A DNA stretch of 64,000 nucleotides from Lytechinus pictus (Eukaryota). Under the pieces are notes generated by a model. It did no database searches. It saw only the letters and a program-made list of their open reading frames with translations, and was not told the origin of the DNA. The DNA is taken from the NCBI RefSeq assembly GCF_037042905.1, contig NC_087252.1, forward strand, positions 8,992,001-9,056,000, in the 5' to 3' direction. Position numbers and translations under genes: made by a program. Shown piece after piece: positions 39,567 through 51,229 of this stretch; the stretch's first letter is position 1, and every line of letters begins with the position of its first letter.

Positions 39567-41381
39567 GTTGCGCCCCTGGTCGAACATGAATTTGCATGGA
39601 GCCCCCTAAGTTCAAGGTCAATTTGGCGCCCTCGGTTGAACATGAATTTGGCGCCATGTGAAATATCACTTTGCCCTCCCCCTTCTGAAACATGTCGCCT
39701 TATGGTCAAACATCAAATTAGCGCTCCCCTAGTTCGAACATCAATTTGGCGCCCCGCTAGTTTGAACATCAATTCGGCGCTCCCCTAGTTCGAACATCAA
39801 TTTGGCGCCCCGCCCAGTTCAAACATCAATTTGGCGCCCCCATCTAGTTCGAAAATTAATTCGCCCCCTCCCCCTTGTTCAAACATCAATTCGGCGCCCC
39901 ATAGTTCGAACGTCATTTTGGCGCCGCCTAGTTCGAACATCAATTTGGCGCCCCCCTCGTTCGAACATCAATTTGGCGCCCCAAGTTCGAATAGCAATTC
40001 GGCGCCCCCTAGTTCGAACATAAATTTGGCGACCCTAGTTTGAATATTCAATCGGCGCCCCCCTACGTCGAACATCTATTTGGCCTCCCTAGGTCGAACA
40101 TCAATTTGGCGCCCCCAGTTGGAACATCAAATTGGCGCCCCTAGTTCGAATATCAATTCGGCGCCCCCTAGTTCAAACATCAATGTGGTGACCCTAGTTC
40201 GAACATCGATTCGGCGCCCCCCCCCTAGTTCGATCATCAATTTGCCCCCCCCCCCCCCGTTCGAACATCAATTCGACCCCCAGTTCGAACATCATTTTGG
40301 CATCCCTGCGAACTGAATTTGGCTTCCCTAGTTCGAAAATCATTTCGCCCCCTAGCTCGAGTATCAATTTGGCGCCCCCCTAGTTCGAACATCAATTCGG
40401 CGCCCCCCTAGTTTGAGTATCAGTTTGGCGCCCCCCTAGCTCGAACATCGATTCGCCCCCTCCCCCCTAGTTCGAGTATCAATTTGGCGCCTTCAGTTCG
40501 AACATCATTTTAACATCCCTTCGAACATCATTTTGGCGCCCTCCTAGATCGAATATCAATTCGGCGCCCCTACATGTAGGTCCAACATCAATTTGGCGCC
40601 CCATAGTTCGAGTATCAATTTGGCGCACCCTAGTTCCAACATCAATTCTGAGCCCCCCTAGTTCGAGTATCAATTTGGCGTCCCCCTAGTTCGAACATCG
40701 ATTCGGCCCCTCCCCCCCCCCCCCTAGTTCGAGTATCAATTTGGCGCCCCCAGTTCGAACATCATTTTAACATCCCTTCGAACATCATTTCGGCGTCCCC
40801 TAGCTCCGAATATCAATTCGGCGCCCCTACATGTAGGTCCAACATCAATTTGGCGCCTCTAGTTCGAATATCATTTCGGCCCCCCTAGCTCGAGTATCAA
40901 TTTGGCGCCCCCTAGTTCCAACATCAATTCTGAGCCCCCCTATTTCGAGTATCAATTTGGCGTCCCCCTAGTTCGAACATCGATTCGGCCCCCTCCCCCC
41001 CCCCCCTAGTTCGAGTATCAATTTGGCGCCCCCAGTTCGAACATCATTTTAACATCCCTTCGAACATCATTTCGGCGCCCTCCTAGTTCGAATATCAATT
41101 CGGCGCCCCTACATGTAGGTCCAACATCAATTTGGCGCCCCTAGTTCGAATATCATTTCGCCCCCCCCCCCTTGCTCGAGTATCAATTTGGCGCCCCCTA
41201 GTTCCAACATCAATTCTGAGCCCCCCTAGTTCGAGTATCAATTTGGCGTCCCCCTAGTTCGAACATCGATTCGGCCCCCTCCCCCCCCCCTAGTTCGAGT
41301 ATCAATCTGGCGCCCCCAGTTCGAACATCATTTTGACATTCATTCGAACATCATTTCGGCGCCCTTTTGGTTCGAACATCA
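39567..41381. repeat. ~27-bp satellite, second copy
   Basis: Duplicate of 35795-37580. Confidence 0.95.
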
Positions 41382-42222
41382 TTTTCTTTCCTCCTCTTCC
41401 TCTTTTTTCTTCTCGTCCTTCCCCTCTTCCTCTCCCCTTTTCTTCTTTTCTTTCTCTCTTTTTTTTTCTTTTCTTTCCTCCCTCTTCCTCTCTCCTTTTT
41501 TTCCTTTTCTTTCCCCTCTTCCTCTTTTTTCTTCCCCCTCTCCCCCTCCCTTTTCTTCTCTTCCTTTCCCCTTTTCTTCCCCCCTCCTCTCTCCTTTTTT
41601 CTCTTCTTTCTTCCCTTTTCCTCTCTCTCCTTTTTCTCCTTTTCCTTTCCCTTCTTCCTCTCTCTTCCCCCCCTCTTCTTTCCCCGCTTCCTCTTTTTTC
41701 TTCCCCCTCCCCCTCCCTTTTTCTTCTCTTCCTTCCCCCTCTTCCTCTTTTTTCTCTTTCTTTCCCCTCTTCTTCTCCTTTTTTTTCTTCTTTTCTTTCC
41801 CCTCTTCTTTTTTCTTCTTTTCTTTCCCCTCTCTTTTTTCTTCTCTTCTTTCCTCCCTCTTCCTCTCTCTCCTTTTCTTTTCCCCTCTTCCTCTTTTTTC
41901 TTCCCCCTCTCCTTCCCCCTCCCTTTTCTTCTCTTCTTCTTTTTTCTCCTTTTCTCCTCTTTTTCCTCTCTCTCTTTTTCTTCTCTTCCTTTCCCCTCTT
42001 CCCCTCTCTCTCTTTTTTTTCTCCTTTTCCTTTCCCTCTCTTTTTCCTTCTCTTTCTTTCCCCTTTTCCTCTCCCTTTTCCTTCCCTTCCTTCCCCCTCT
42101 TCCCTTTTCTTCTTTTCTTTCCCCCCCTTCTCCTCTCTCTTTTTTCTTCCCTTCTTCCCCCTCTTCCTTTCTTCTTTTCTTTCCCCTCTTTTTTCTCTTT
42201 CTTTCCCTCTCTTTTTTTTTTT
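41382..42222. repeat. Polypyrimidine tract (~840 bp)
   Basis: First ~515 bp match 37581-38097, then it extends further. Confidence 0.95.
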
Positions 42223-42401
42223 GCCGAAGGGGGGTGGGCAAGGCCCCCTCGGCCCCCCCCCATGGATCCTCGCCTGACTACTACTACAACTAGTACTACT
42301 ACTTTTGCTACTACTCCTACTTCTACTACTACTACTTTTGCTATACTACTACTAGAAATACTACTACTACCACTACTACTAGTACTATACCGTTACCACT
42401 T

Positions 42402-42435
<34 letters not shown>

Positions 42436-43091
42436 AACTATGATCACTCTAACCTGTATCATTAAAGAATTATACCCCTTTGAATCATGCAATATTCACA
42501 GAAATTGATGTGTAATGTGGAGTGAGTTATGTCCATTTTCTGTGAATGGCGACCATTTTGAACGCCATCTGAGGACTTTTAGTTTGTTATTATAGACAAA
42601 TTACTGGACGTATCCTGAAAAAAAATCAGCTTGTTACCTGAAATTTCCTTTCTTAAGAATATTTTGGCCTAATGCTCTTGGCCTAAATGTTTGTATACTA
42701 TAATAGCAGCTTTATCCTGTCAAGGTTTTCTTTCTGTTTATTGTATTTCATATTTTGTGATATTCTTGACGAATAAGAACAATCAATAAATCAGCCTACA
42801 TAACACAACTTTTTTGAAGAAACGCAGTTCCAACAATGCATGTAGAACGCTATGTTGGAAGAGCACCTTTACATAATAGTGATTTTGTAAACAACTTTAC
42901 AGTCCAGTTGTTAGAATAAATAACTCCAACCCTAAAAATTATGTTTCGATTTTAGATTAAGTTTCTTTTTAGGTCGAAACGTGTTCTGATACTATTCATG
43001 GTATGCACAGACAAATAAGATATTTTTCTTTAGATCAAGGATATGGAAAGAATAAAAACATTTCATACTGAAAATGAAATTAACCATATTA

Positions 43092-44095
43092 GGGAAGATG
43101 GGACACAACGATCATAGGGGGGGAAATAAAATTTTGAAATTTTCATAAGTGAATAAAGTACGCCCCCTTTACAAAGTCTTTGAAGCAGTCGAAAATGCGG
43201 CACAATATCAACCATGTACTTTATTCCAGCAACATCTGAGCACATCCGAATAAAGTCTTTTAAAAAATGTGCACCATGGTGATCTAAGAAAAGGGAATGA
43301 TTATAGAGCTGAAAATTTTTAGTTGCCGTAGCAAGTTTTATAAAATATTCGTATTATGTTAATCATGATACGATATCAAGATATCAACGTTGAGACACAC
43401 GCTTTGCATGCTTCAGGGATTTTGCATGTAAACCTCTTATAAGAAAATACAATATTAAGGGAAATAAACTATAAATGTTAGGGAAAAATTGAACCTTTTT
43501 GCTCCAAGTATGTACATATTGCCCCAGTTGAAAATGGCGTGTTTTTTATTATCAAACGTGCTTTAACTTAAGATCAGTTGCATTGTTTGTGGTAGTTGAG
43601 TAACCTCAATTATATGGTTCAGGGGAGCGTTTCATCAATATTTTCATCCGACAAGTTGTCAGATCTGACATCTTTCCATGATTTTGATTGGCTGTGAGGC
43701 ACTGTTCCTATGGTAACTGTTGGATAAAATGGGACTTGTCGGATAAAACGTCCGACAAGTCCTTTCATGAAACGCCCCCCTGGTGTATTGTTTGCAGGTC
43801 GTCATAAAGATTGTCAGGAATAGAACTGCAAGCGGAAAATGTCAAGACAGATATGGGATGAAGAGGCAATGAAGAGTGCCATCGGGGGGGGGGTGCATTT
43901 TGCCCAAGTGACGGGGCAAAAAGTGATTTTTTGCGTTTCACTGAAATTTACAACTGGAAATTTATGTCCTTGATATATACAAGTACAAGCAATATTCATC
44001 TAAAATTGTCATGGTCATTGTACTTGTATTGTGTCGTTGATGACGTCTTAATATCAATTTTGAAATTCAGTATTCCATTATGCCATACCTTCCCT
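43092..44095 (+). mobile_element. Internally deleted pogo/Fot1-like transposon
   Basis: TA-flanked imperfect TIRs GGGAAGATGGGACACAACG / ATTATGCCATACCTTCCC; retains TTTGCAG acceptor and MSRQIWDEEAMKSAI (43839-43883). Confidence 0.65.
43623..43779. mobile_element. PIF/Harbinger-like MITE
   Basis: TIR GGGAGCGTTTCAT / ATGAAACGCCCCC flanked by CAG and CTG; empty site CACCTGAACC in paralogs near 53930 and 63955. Confidence 0.8.
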
Positions 44096-44530
44096 TAATT
44101 GTCTCATTATATTTGCATTAAAAAATACTTGACACTGTTTTGCTAGATACGATACCACTTATATTACTACTTCTGCCACTACTTCTACTACTACTACTAC
44201 TACTACTACTACCACTACTTCTACTACTACTTCTACTGCTATTACTTCTAACTAATACTACTTCTAAATACTGCTACTATACTACTACTTCTACTACTTC
44301 TACTACTACTACTACTACTACTACTACTTTTACTTCTACTACTATTACTACTACTACTACTACTACAACTACTACTACTACTACTACTTATTCTACTAGT
44401 AGTACTACTGCTACTCCTGCTACTACTACTACTACTACTACTACTACAACTAATGCTACTACTTTTACAAAATTAAAAACTACTACTGCTACTTTTACTC
44501 CTATTAGTACTACTACTACTGTTACTACCT

Positions 44531-44567
<37 letters not shown>

Positions 44568-44576
44568 ATGTACGTC

Positions 44577-45804
44577 CAGAGGCGTCGATTCTGGGGGGGC
44601 AGGAGGGGCGATCGCCCCACCAATGAAAATATTGGGGGGGGCAAACATATCATTTTGCCCCCCCCCCCCCCCATAATTCCGCATGTGGAACTAAAAATAA
44701 AAAAAGATTGTAATGTTACACGGAAATCACCAAGCAAGATCGAGACACCAACTAGTTCTTTATTTAAAATTGTGCTCAAAATGTTCGCTTTTCAGATTGG
44801 AATACAAAAATTTTCAGCTCGCGCTTCGCGCTCGCATCGTTTCTGTAGCAAAAACCCATACTTTTCATGATTAAATAGGTAAATAGAATTTCCCGTTTTC
44901 AGTTCTAAACCTCAAAAGAACTCCCGCTTCGATTTGCAATAAACTTTTATTGGATATATATCTTGTTCTGTTAAAAGCGTTCATTAAACTGTCATTTTTT
45001 TTTTCAGATCGAAATATCAAAATTTTCAGCTCGCGCATCGCGCTCGTATCTGCGTGGAGCGTTGTGGCCCAGTGGATTAGTCTCCGGACTTTGAAACAGA
45101 AGGTCGTGGGTTCGAATGCCAACCATGGCGTAATTTTCTTCAGCAAGAAATTGATCCACAATGTGCTGCACTTAACCCAGGTGAGGTAAATGGGTACCTG
45201 ACAGGAATTTATTCCTTGAAACGCAGCGTGCGTAACAGCTGCACTGCTAAAGCCAGGGTAATTATGCTGCATATACTGTAGAGCGCTTAGAGACTTCTGA
45301 CAAAGTAAGTGTTAAGCGCTATATAAGCAAGTATAATTATTATCTATTGTTCTTCTAGATACCCATCTTAATCGTTGGTACCAAAAATGCTTAAAATATC
45401 AAGCTTTCAGGTCAGAATATAAAGAGATTTCAGCTCGCTCTCGGCACTCACATTATCTGTGTAGTGAGATACATGTATCTATCCCCCTCATAATTTATAC
45501 TACAAACAGTCCTAAAGAGGTACCTTTTTCCTGTTTTCATGTCAGTATACTAAAAAATTTCAGCTCGCGCTTCACGCTCGCATTAATTTGTTGGTGAGGG
45601 TGACATATATGTCTCTTTCTCATGAGTCACATTTATATATATATAATATATATATGCATATATAATACAGGTCTATGTGTGTGGGGGTGTAGGGGTGTGT
45701 GTGGGTGAGTTTGTTCGTTTTGTGCGATCGAGCGCCTTTTGAACGTTGATTCATGATTTTGCCCCCCCCCCCCCCCCAATCTGAAAAGTGGATCGACGCC
45801 CCTG
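44577..45804. mobile_element. Non-autonomous hAT-like element with nested SINE
   Basis: TIR CAGAGGCGTCGATT / GATCGACGCCCCTG; perfect 8-bp TSD TGTACGTC; absent in paralogs near 50460 and 61665. Confidence 0.9.
45056..45343 (+). mobile_element. Full-length tRNA-derived SINE
   Basis: A box TGGCCCAGTGG, B box GGTTCGAATGCC, ACCCAGGTGAGGTAAATGGGTACC, tail AAGCGCTATATAAGCAAGTATAATTATTAT. Confidence 0.9.
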
Positions 45805-45870
45805 TGTACGTCTACTACTACAGTACTTCTTCTACTACTGCTACTACTTCTATTTCCTCTACTTCTACTC

Positions 45871-45907
<37 letters not shown>

Positions 45908-46150
45908 CTCTGCTACTACTTCTCATTTTCCTGCTTCCATTACTTCTTCTAGTACTGCCACTACTTCTACTGCTGCTACTGATTTTATAACTACTGTCGG
46001 ATTGTTATATTAGACTAAACCCCATTAATTTTTGTCGTTTTAATTTTACCAAAAAAAGGTTTGAAGATTGGTGTTTTCTCAACGATTATATCTGAAATAT
46101 GTACGTCTTGGTGAAACTTGGAAACATTAGGGAGATTGTGATTGTTTCAA

Positions 46151-46810
46151 TTTTGTCACACCTGCATAGCAAAGCGGGACTATAGGCGCTGCTTTTCCGA
46201 CGGCGGTGACGTCGGCGGCGGCGTCGTCAATATTGAAATCTTAAGAAAGGATACAAGTTTTTAAATTATCATCATAACTTCGAAAGCATATGGACTTAGT
46301 TCATGAAACTTGGACATAAGAGTAATTAAGTATTACTGAACATCCTGCTTTCAGGTCACATGACTTAGGTCAAAGGTCATTTAGGGTCAATGAACTTAGA
46401 CCATGTTTGGGGTATTTGAGGAATTGCCAACATAACTTTCAAATTTCATGGATCTAGTTCATGAACCGTGGACATAAGAGCAACCATGTATCCTTAAACA
46501 TCAGATGCCAGTTTCAGGTCACATGATCAATGTCAAAGGTCATTTAAAGGTCAATGAACTTTGGTTGTGTTGGGAATATGTGTTGAATTTGCATCATAAA
46601 GTTTATGGATCTCCATGTAGCTCATAAAACATCGACATAAGGGGTAATCGAGTATGAATGATTATTATTTCACCTGCATTAGGTCACGTTATCATGGTCT
46701 ATGGTCTATGGTCATTTTGGGTCAATGGATATAATGTTATTATCATATTAGTGTTTTCTTCTGTGAATAATAATTCATTAGCTGCTTTTTAAGGCAGAAC
46801 TGCTGCTACT
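46151..46810 (+). mobile_element. Helentron-associated (HINE/DINE-1-like) element, 3'-truncated
   Basis: Inverted paralog of 60468-61341; same 5' subTIR/hairpin and internal GGTCAAAGGTCA repeats. Confidence 0.6.
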
Positions 46811-47219
46811 GTACGTGTGAGAGCTAATGTAATGGGATTTTAGTAAGAATACTCATATCTTTTATTAATTCTCACGTTTTAGGTCAAGGTGAAGTCACAT
46901 CTGAGATGCTCACCTTAGAATGAATCCTCTTTAGGTTTTGGCTATGATCCAATTCGTGTGTATTTTTATTTTTTTAATGTTCATCCATACTTTTGTACTG
47001 AATAGGCTTTTGGAGTCTTATTTGAATTCGAAAGTGTTTTCTCCATATTTTTCTATATCAATGTGTCCAATGATTGGTAGGCATCAGTTCGTTTTAAAAG
47101 ACGGTGTAACGCTAGGTCTTACATTTTCGAGAGTGGCTGTAGAGCTCAGCTCTAGAGTGGCAGTCTCGAGAGCAAATTTGTACAGGTGAAGGAGGATGGC
47201 ACTGAGACAGGTATAGATT

Positions 47220-48090
47220 GAAATACTGCCCTAGCCTTCCTCCTTGGTCTTTTGTCTGCCAATTTATCATTCCGATTATTTTCTGACGTCTTGACCCCTG
47301 TACTTATTAGCTCTCCATAGAATTGCGACTATCATATACATCTTCATAAGTGTTAGTGTCTATGCCGGCAAGTTTTATGTCACGTTTGCAGGTGTCTTTA
47401 CAACAAAGGTGTGATCTACAAATGTGGTGAGACCAAGCACACAGCTCACCTTATCTTGGCGAAAGGTTTCATGCGGCGAACATGCCCCAACGACTTGAGG
47501 CGCCTTTGACTGCAAAGGAGCCAGAATAAGCTGGGGATGCAAACACGTACGCTGAAGGGCCTCTGTATTTTTCACTTTGTCCTGCCATTTAATGTGCATG
47601 ATACCTCTGAGGCAGCTGACATGGAAGGTGTTTAGCCGCTTTTCTTAGTTGGCGTACGTTTTCCAGGACTTACTTCCGTACATGAGCTTTGACATGACTG
47701 TGGCAGATTTTCCTATCCTGGTGTTTATCTCCTTGTCCAGTGAAAGGGAGCTAGAGACAGATTGGTGATCTAAGGTAGGTGAGGAGTCCACCACAACCAG
47801 ACGAGTTTGTGCTGTTGATAGAGATATCTGGATATAGAAGCCCTCTGTGCATTCGCCAAATGCATACTGGGGAAGCTTGGAGAAGAAGATCCCAAAAAGT
47901 TTCAGGGCCAGGCGCAGTCTTGCTTCAAGCAACTGCTCACATGAACCGAGAAAAGGTACCAGGTGTTCTAGTGTTGTAACAAACTGTGCTCATGGAATTA
48001 TATGACCAGGGAACAGTCTTGGGGGAACTTCTGCAGGAGGCTAAATAGTGCACTCCTGCTTTCCAAGTCAATGGCTCTTGTCAGAACAAA
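47220..48090 (-). pseudogene. Degenerate RTE-clade LINE RT fragment
   Basis: SLDKEINTRIGKSATVMSKL, YGSKSWKTY, RLNTFH, HIKWQDKVKNTEAL across broken frames. Confidence 0.8.
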
Positions 48091-48474
48091 AGGTCCAGTG
48101 ATAGTAATAAAGGAAGGTAATAACTTAACTATTTTTTTCTGAAAAATACAGAGAAATCACTTTTTGATTCAATAATACAAGTCCTTTCACTAGAAAAGTA
48201 CGGTTGGACATAAACAAAAATTAGAACTCCCAAAATAGATCATAGCTAAAACCTTGAATGGTTTCATTCTAAAGTGAGCGGTTAATGATGAAATCTATCA
48301 ACCATCTGACCATCTTAGGCATGACTTGACCTCGAACTAAAAATGGAGTGATTAAAAGAAATGAATCATCCTTACTGAAAATCCCTTACACGATCTACAC
48401 ATAATACTAACCTCTTCAGGACAGCGTGTACGCTTTTAGGGAGAGTTCAATAGTCACGGGAAATGTTTTTTTTT

Positions 48475-49025
48475 ATATTGCGTTTAGCGGCCATCTTGGA
48501 CATGTTAGATTTGATCTGAAGATGATCTAATATTGCAAAATTATTAACAGAAATGGAATCAACATGCCAAATATCTCACGGAAATGGGTATTAATCATGA
48601 TGCAAAATATATAGCAGAAAGGTATTCTACACACCCCAAACCCCTAAACAGAGGCATAACTCGTCATTCTGGGGCAAGAGGATCAAAATTTTTCAGAATG
48701 GGATCTGGTGGCCATCTTGGATTTGACCTGAAGATGACCTTATATTGCAAAAATGATAATAGAAATCTGTTCTACACACCTCTAAACCCCTAAAAACAGT
48801 AATTACTCATCATTTTTGGTCAAGGGGTTCAAAAGTAAGGGTTTCAAGATGTCATCTGGCGGCCATTTTGGATTTATGCAAATTAGCGAAAAGCCCAAAC
48901 GGCAACTTTGGGCAACCGATCTGAATTTTTCTAGGACCCCATAGGAACATGAATTAAAAAAACTTCATCGGAAAGAACATTTCTAGGTTGGTGTATTGAG
49001 CCTATGAGACTGTCAAATCGACTAT
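48475..49025. repeat. ~150-bp repeat element, copy related to 17560-18192
   Basis: GGCCATCTTGGATTTGACCTGAAGATGACC units; shared end CTAGGACCCCATA...GTCAAATCGACTA. Confidence 0.8.
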
Positions 49026-49677
49026 AGGGTTCTAGATGCTCCCTTATGCTATCTCAGGCTATTTTTTTATATGATGGCATCAGTGGCGTAATAAGCTATA
49101 CATTTCGAGGGGCTAGATATGGCATATCGCGTAAAATTGATAAACAGTTGCGAGCGAGCGAAAATTTGGATTTTTTATTTCAGAAATTCAATTTTGTTTA
49201 ATAAATTTCGACATATTAAAAAAATGATAATGTTGTATTTCACCCTCGTGACCTTTATGCCCCCCCCCCACCCACCTATCTGTACAAACATGACAACGTA
49301 GGAGGGTACCAAGTAATTAACAATTGAATGAATCAAATCATACATTTTTGCTTGATAGAACTTAATAAAACTTTTATGTCATTATTCTTGCTAGCATATA
49401 TAATTAATGAAACATCTACCAAATCATACGTTTTTGTGATATCCTTATCCGTATATCAACCAGTGAAGACATACTGCCTCACGGCCATCAAATTGACAGT
49501 TCCAAAGGTGTTTGGGCGGGGGAAAGATCATTTAAAGCGGGAGAAAGTACATCTTATGCGGGAGACACAGGGCCTGGGCGGGAGATATAAAATCTCAAGC
49601 GGGAGAACGGTGGATTTTGCGAAAAAGGGCTTTTTGCAGGACATCTCCCGCCGAAAGCGGGAATGTTGGAGTCTCCG

Positions 49678-50602
49678 ACAAAGACAAATTTGACCTACAA
49701 GAATAAGATTTGATTTTCCTTTGAACAAATGCGTCACGCCACCAACAACCGACAATCTATCATGGAATGTTCTCTCCCTGGAAATAGCCCAAGAAGTCTT
49801 TAAAAAGTATGAAATAGCAAATACTATTTGAAGAATGTTTCATCCTTTTCATACTCCCGATTTTTTATTTTTTTTTGCTTGTCAAAAACTTTTGGTGATC
49901 CACTCTTAAAATTTAGGTTGAAAACCTTTTTTTTTTGGGGGGGGGGCTTGTCAAATTTTTACCTGCGTCTATCCGAAAATTTTAGGTGGACCTTACCCTA
50001 AATTCGTTTGCTTTCGCCGCCAATGAGTCCATATACTTTTTAGGCTATGATGACATTTCAAAAGCTTATCCTTGGTTAAGATTTAAATGTTGACGACTCC
50101 GCCGCCGTCGGAAAAGCGGCGCCTATAGTCTCGCTTTGCTAAGCAGGCGTGACAAAAATGAATCGATCACTATCTCTCTAACGTTTCCAAGTTTCACCAA
50201 GACTTACATATTTCAAATATCATTGTTGTGAAAACTCCAATCTCAATTTTCTTTTTTAAATGAAAACGAAAAAAATGAATGGGGCATAGTCTAATATAAC
50301 AATCCGACAGTAGTTGTAATATCAGTAGCAGTAGAAATAGTGGCAGTAGTAGAAGAAGTAGTGGAAGCAGGAGAATGAGAATTGGTAGCAGTACTAGTAG
50401 TAGTAGTAGTAGAAGTAGAGGAGTTAGAAGTAGTAACAGTAGTAGAAGAAGTAGTAGTAGACGTAGTAGTAGTAGTAGTAGTAGCAGCAGAAGTAGGAGT
50501 AAAAGTAGCAGTAGTAGTTTTTGTTTTTTTAAGTAGAAGTAGTAGTAGTAGCAGGAGTAGCAGTAGTACTATTAGTGGTAGTAGTAGTAGTAGTAGTATT
50601 AA

Positions 50603-50656
<54 letters not shown>

Positions 50657-50665
50657 CAGTAGTGA
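49678..50665 (+). repeat. More diverged partial copy of duplication unit including (TAG)n array
   Basis: 49678-49857 matches 17300-17478 and 60280-60453; 50045-50660 matches 61218-61800. Confidence 0.85.
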
Positions 50666-51229
50666 TGCTGATCCTATAATCATGACAATTACCAAATTCA
50701 ATGAACCCGTAATAAAAGAAAAGTTTACAAATGGAAAACTTGTAATCATGTTGAAATTTAATTTCTTGAATTAGATATATATTTAAAAAAAACATATATT
50801 CTTTATAATTAGATAACATACTAATAATCTAATAAATTAATGATAATAATACTAATAATCAATAAAACGTATGATTTATGCAGTCTCGTTTATCAATCGG
50901 ATATAAGTACCAGTACATTGTTAATATCCTTGTAGCAAAATCACATCTTTGATTCAGCTCCATCAGAACTGCAATCATCACAGTTAACCAAATAACAATT
51001 TGTAATAAAGGCAAGGGTCCTGTATTACCGCGTCACTTATACTAATTTTCTTAATATTTATTCATTCATTTGGCGATGACATATTTCCACCAAAGTGATA
51101 ACTGAAGACTACGGCATCTATCCAATCCTTGGAAGATACTTTGCCAAACGATAGTGAATCCAGAATAGGGTATGATAAAAACATGTGGCTAAACACAGAT
51201 TACCTCCATGATAAAACCATTAGCAAGAA

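Larger units (their letters stand above)
34341..41900 (+). repeat. Near-identical tandem duplication, period ~3772 bp
   Basis: TTAGTACAACAGGATTATACTTCTCG at 34341 and 38113; duplicated ORF-track entries offset by 3772; second copy has one extra ~28-bp satellite unit near 40381-40408. Confidence 0.95.
27120..42276. mobile_element. Putative ~15-kb composite hAT-like insertion in a (CTA)n array
   Basis: Termini CCGGCGCGGATCCA / TGGATCCTCGCCTG (12/14 inverted match) with subterminal G/C runs; ACTACTAC on both sides. Confidence 0.6.
42277..46810 (-). repeat. Inverted copy of the composite duplication unit
   Basis: 42290-42570 is the reverse complement of ~55806-56060; 42790-43830 of 53890-54768; 43580-46810 of 60520-64000. 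Confidence 0.88.

Noticed and set aside
41333..42293. ~300-aa K/R/E-rich and F/L/P/S-rich ORFs
   Set aside because: Pure purine or pyrimidine tracts cannot contain stop codons
45056..45130. tRNA gene (also 12943-13015 and 3650-3724)
   Set aside because: tRNA-like heads run into SINE bodies and tails; no clean cloverleaf or terminator seen
44140..46013. Mucin-like Thr/Ser-rich ORFs ending TTVGLLY (also 50291-50749)
   Set aside because: The ACT frame of (CTA)n rarely gains stops; paralogs have frameshifts and an hAT insertion; no signal peptide or splice support
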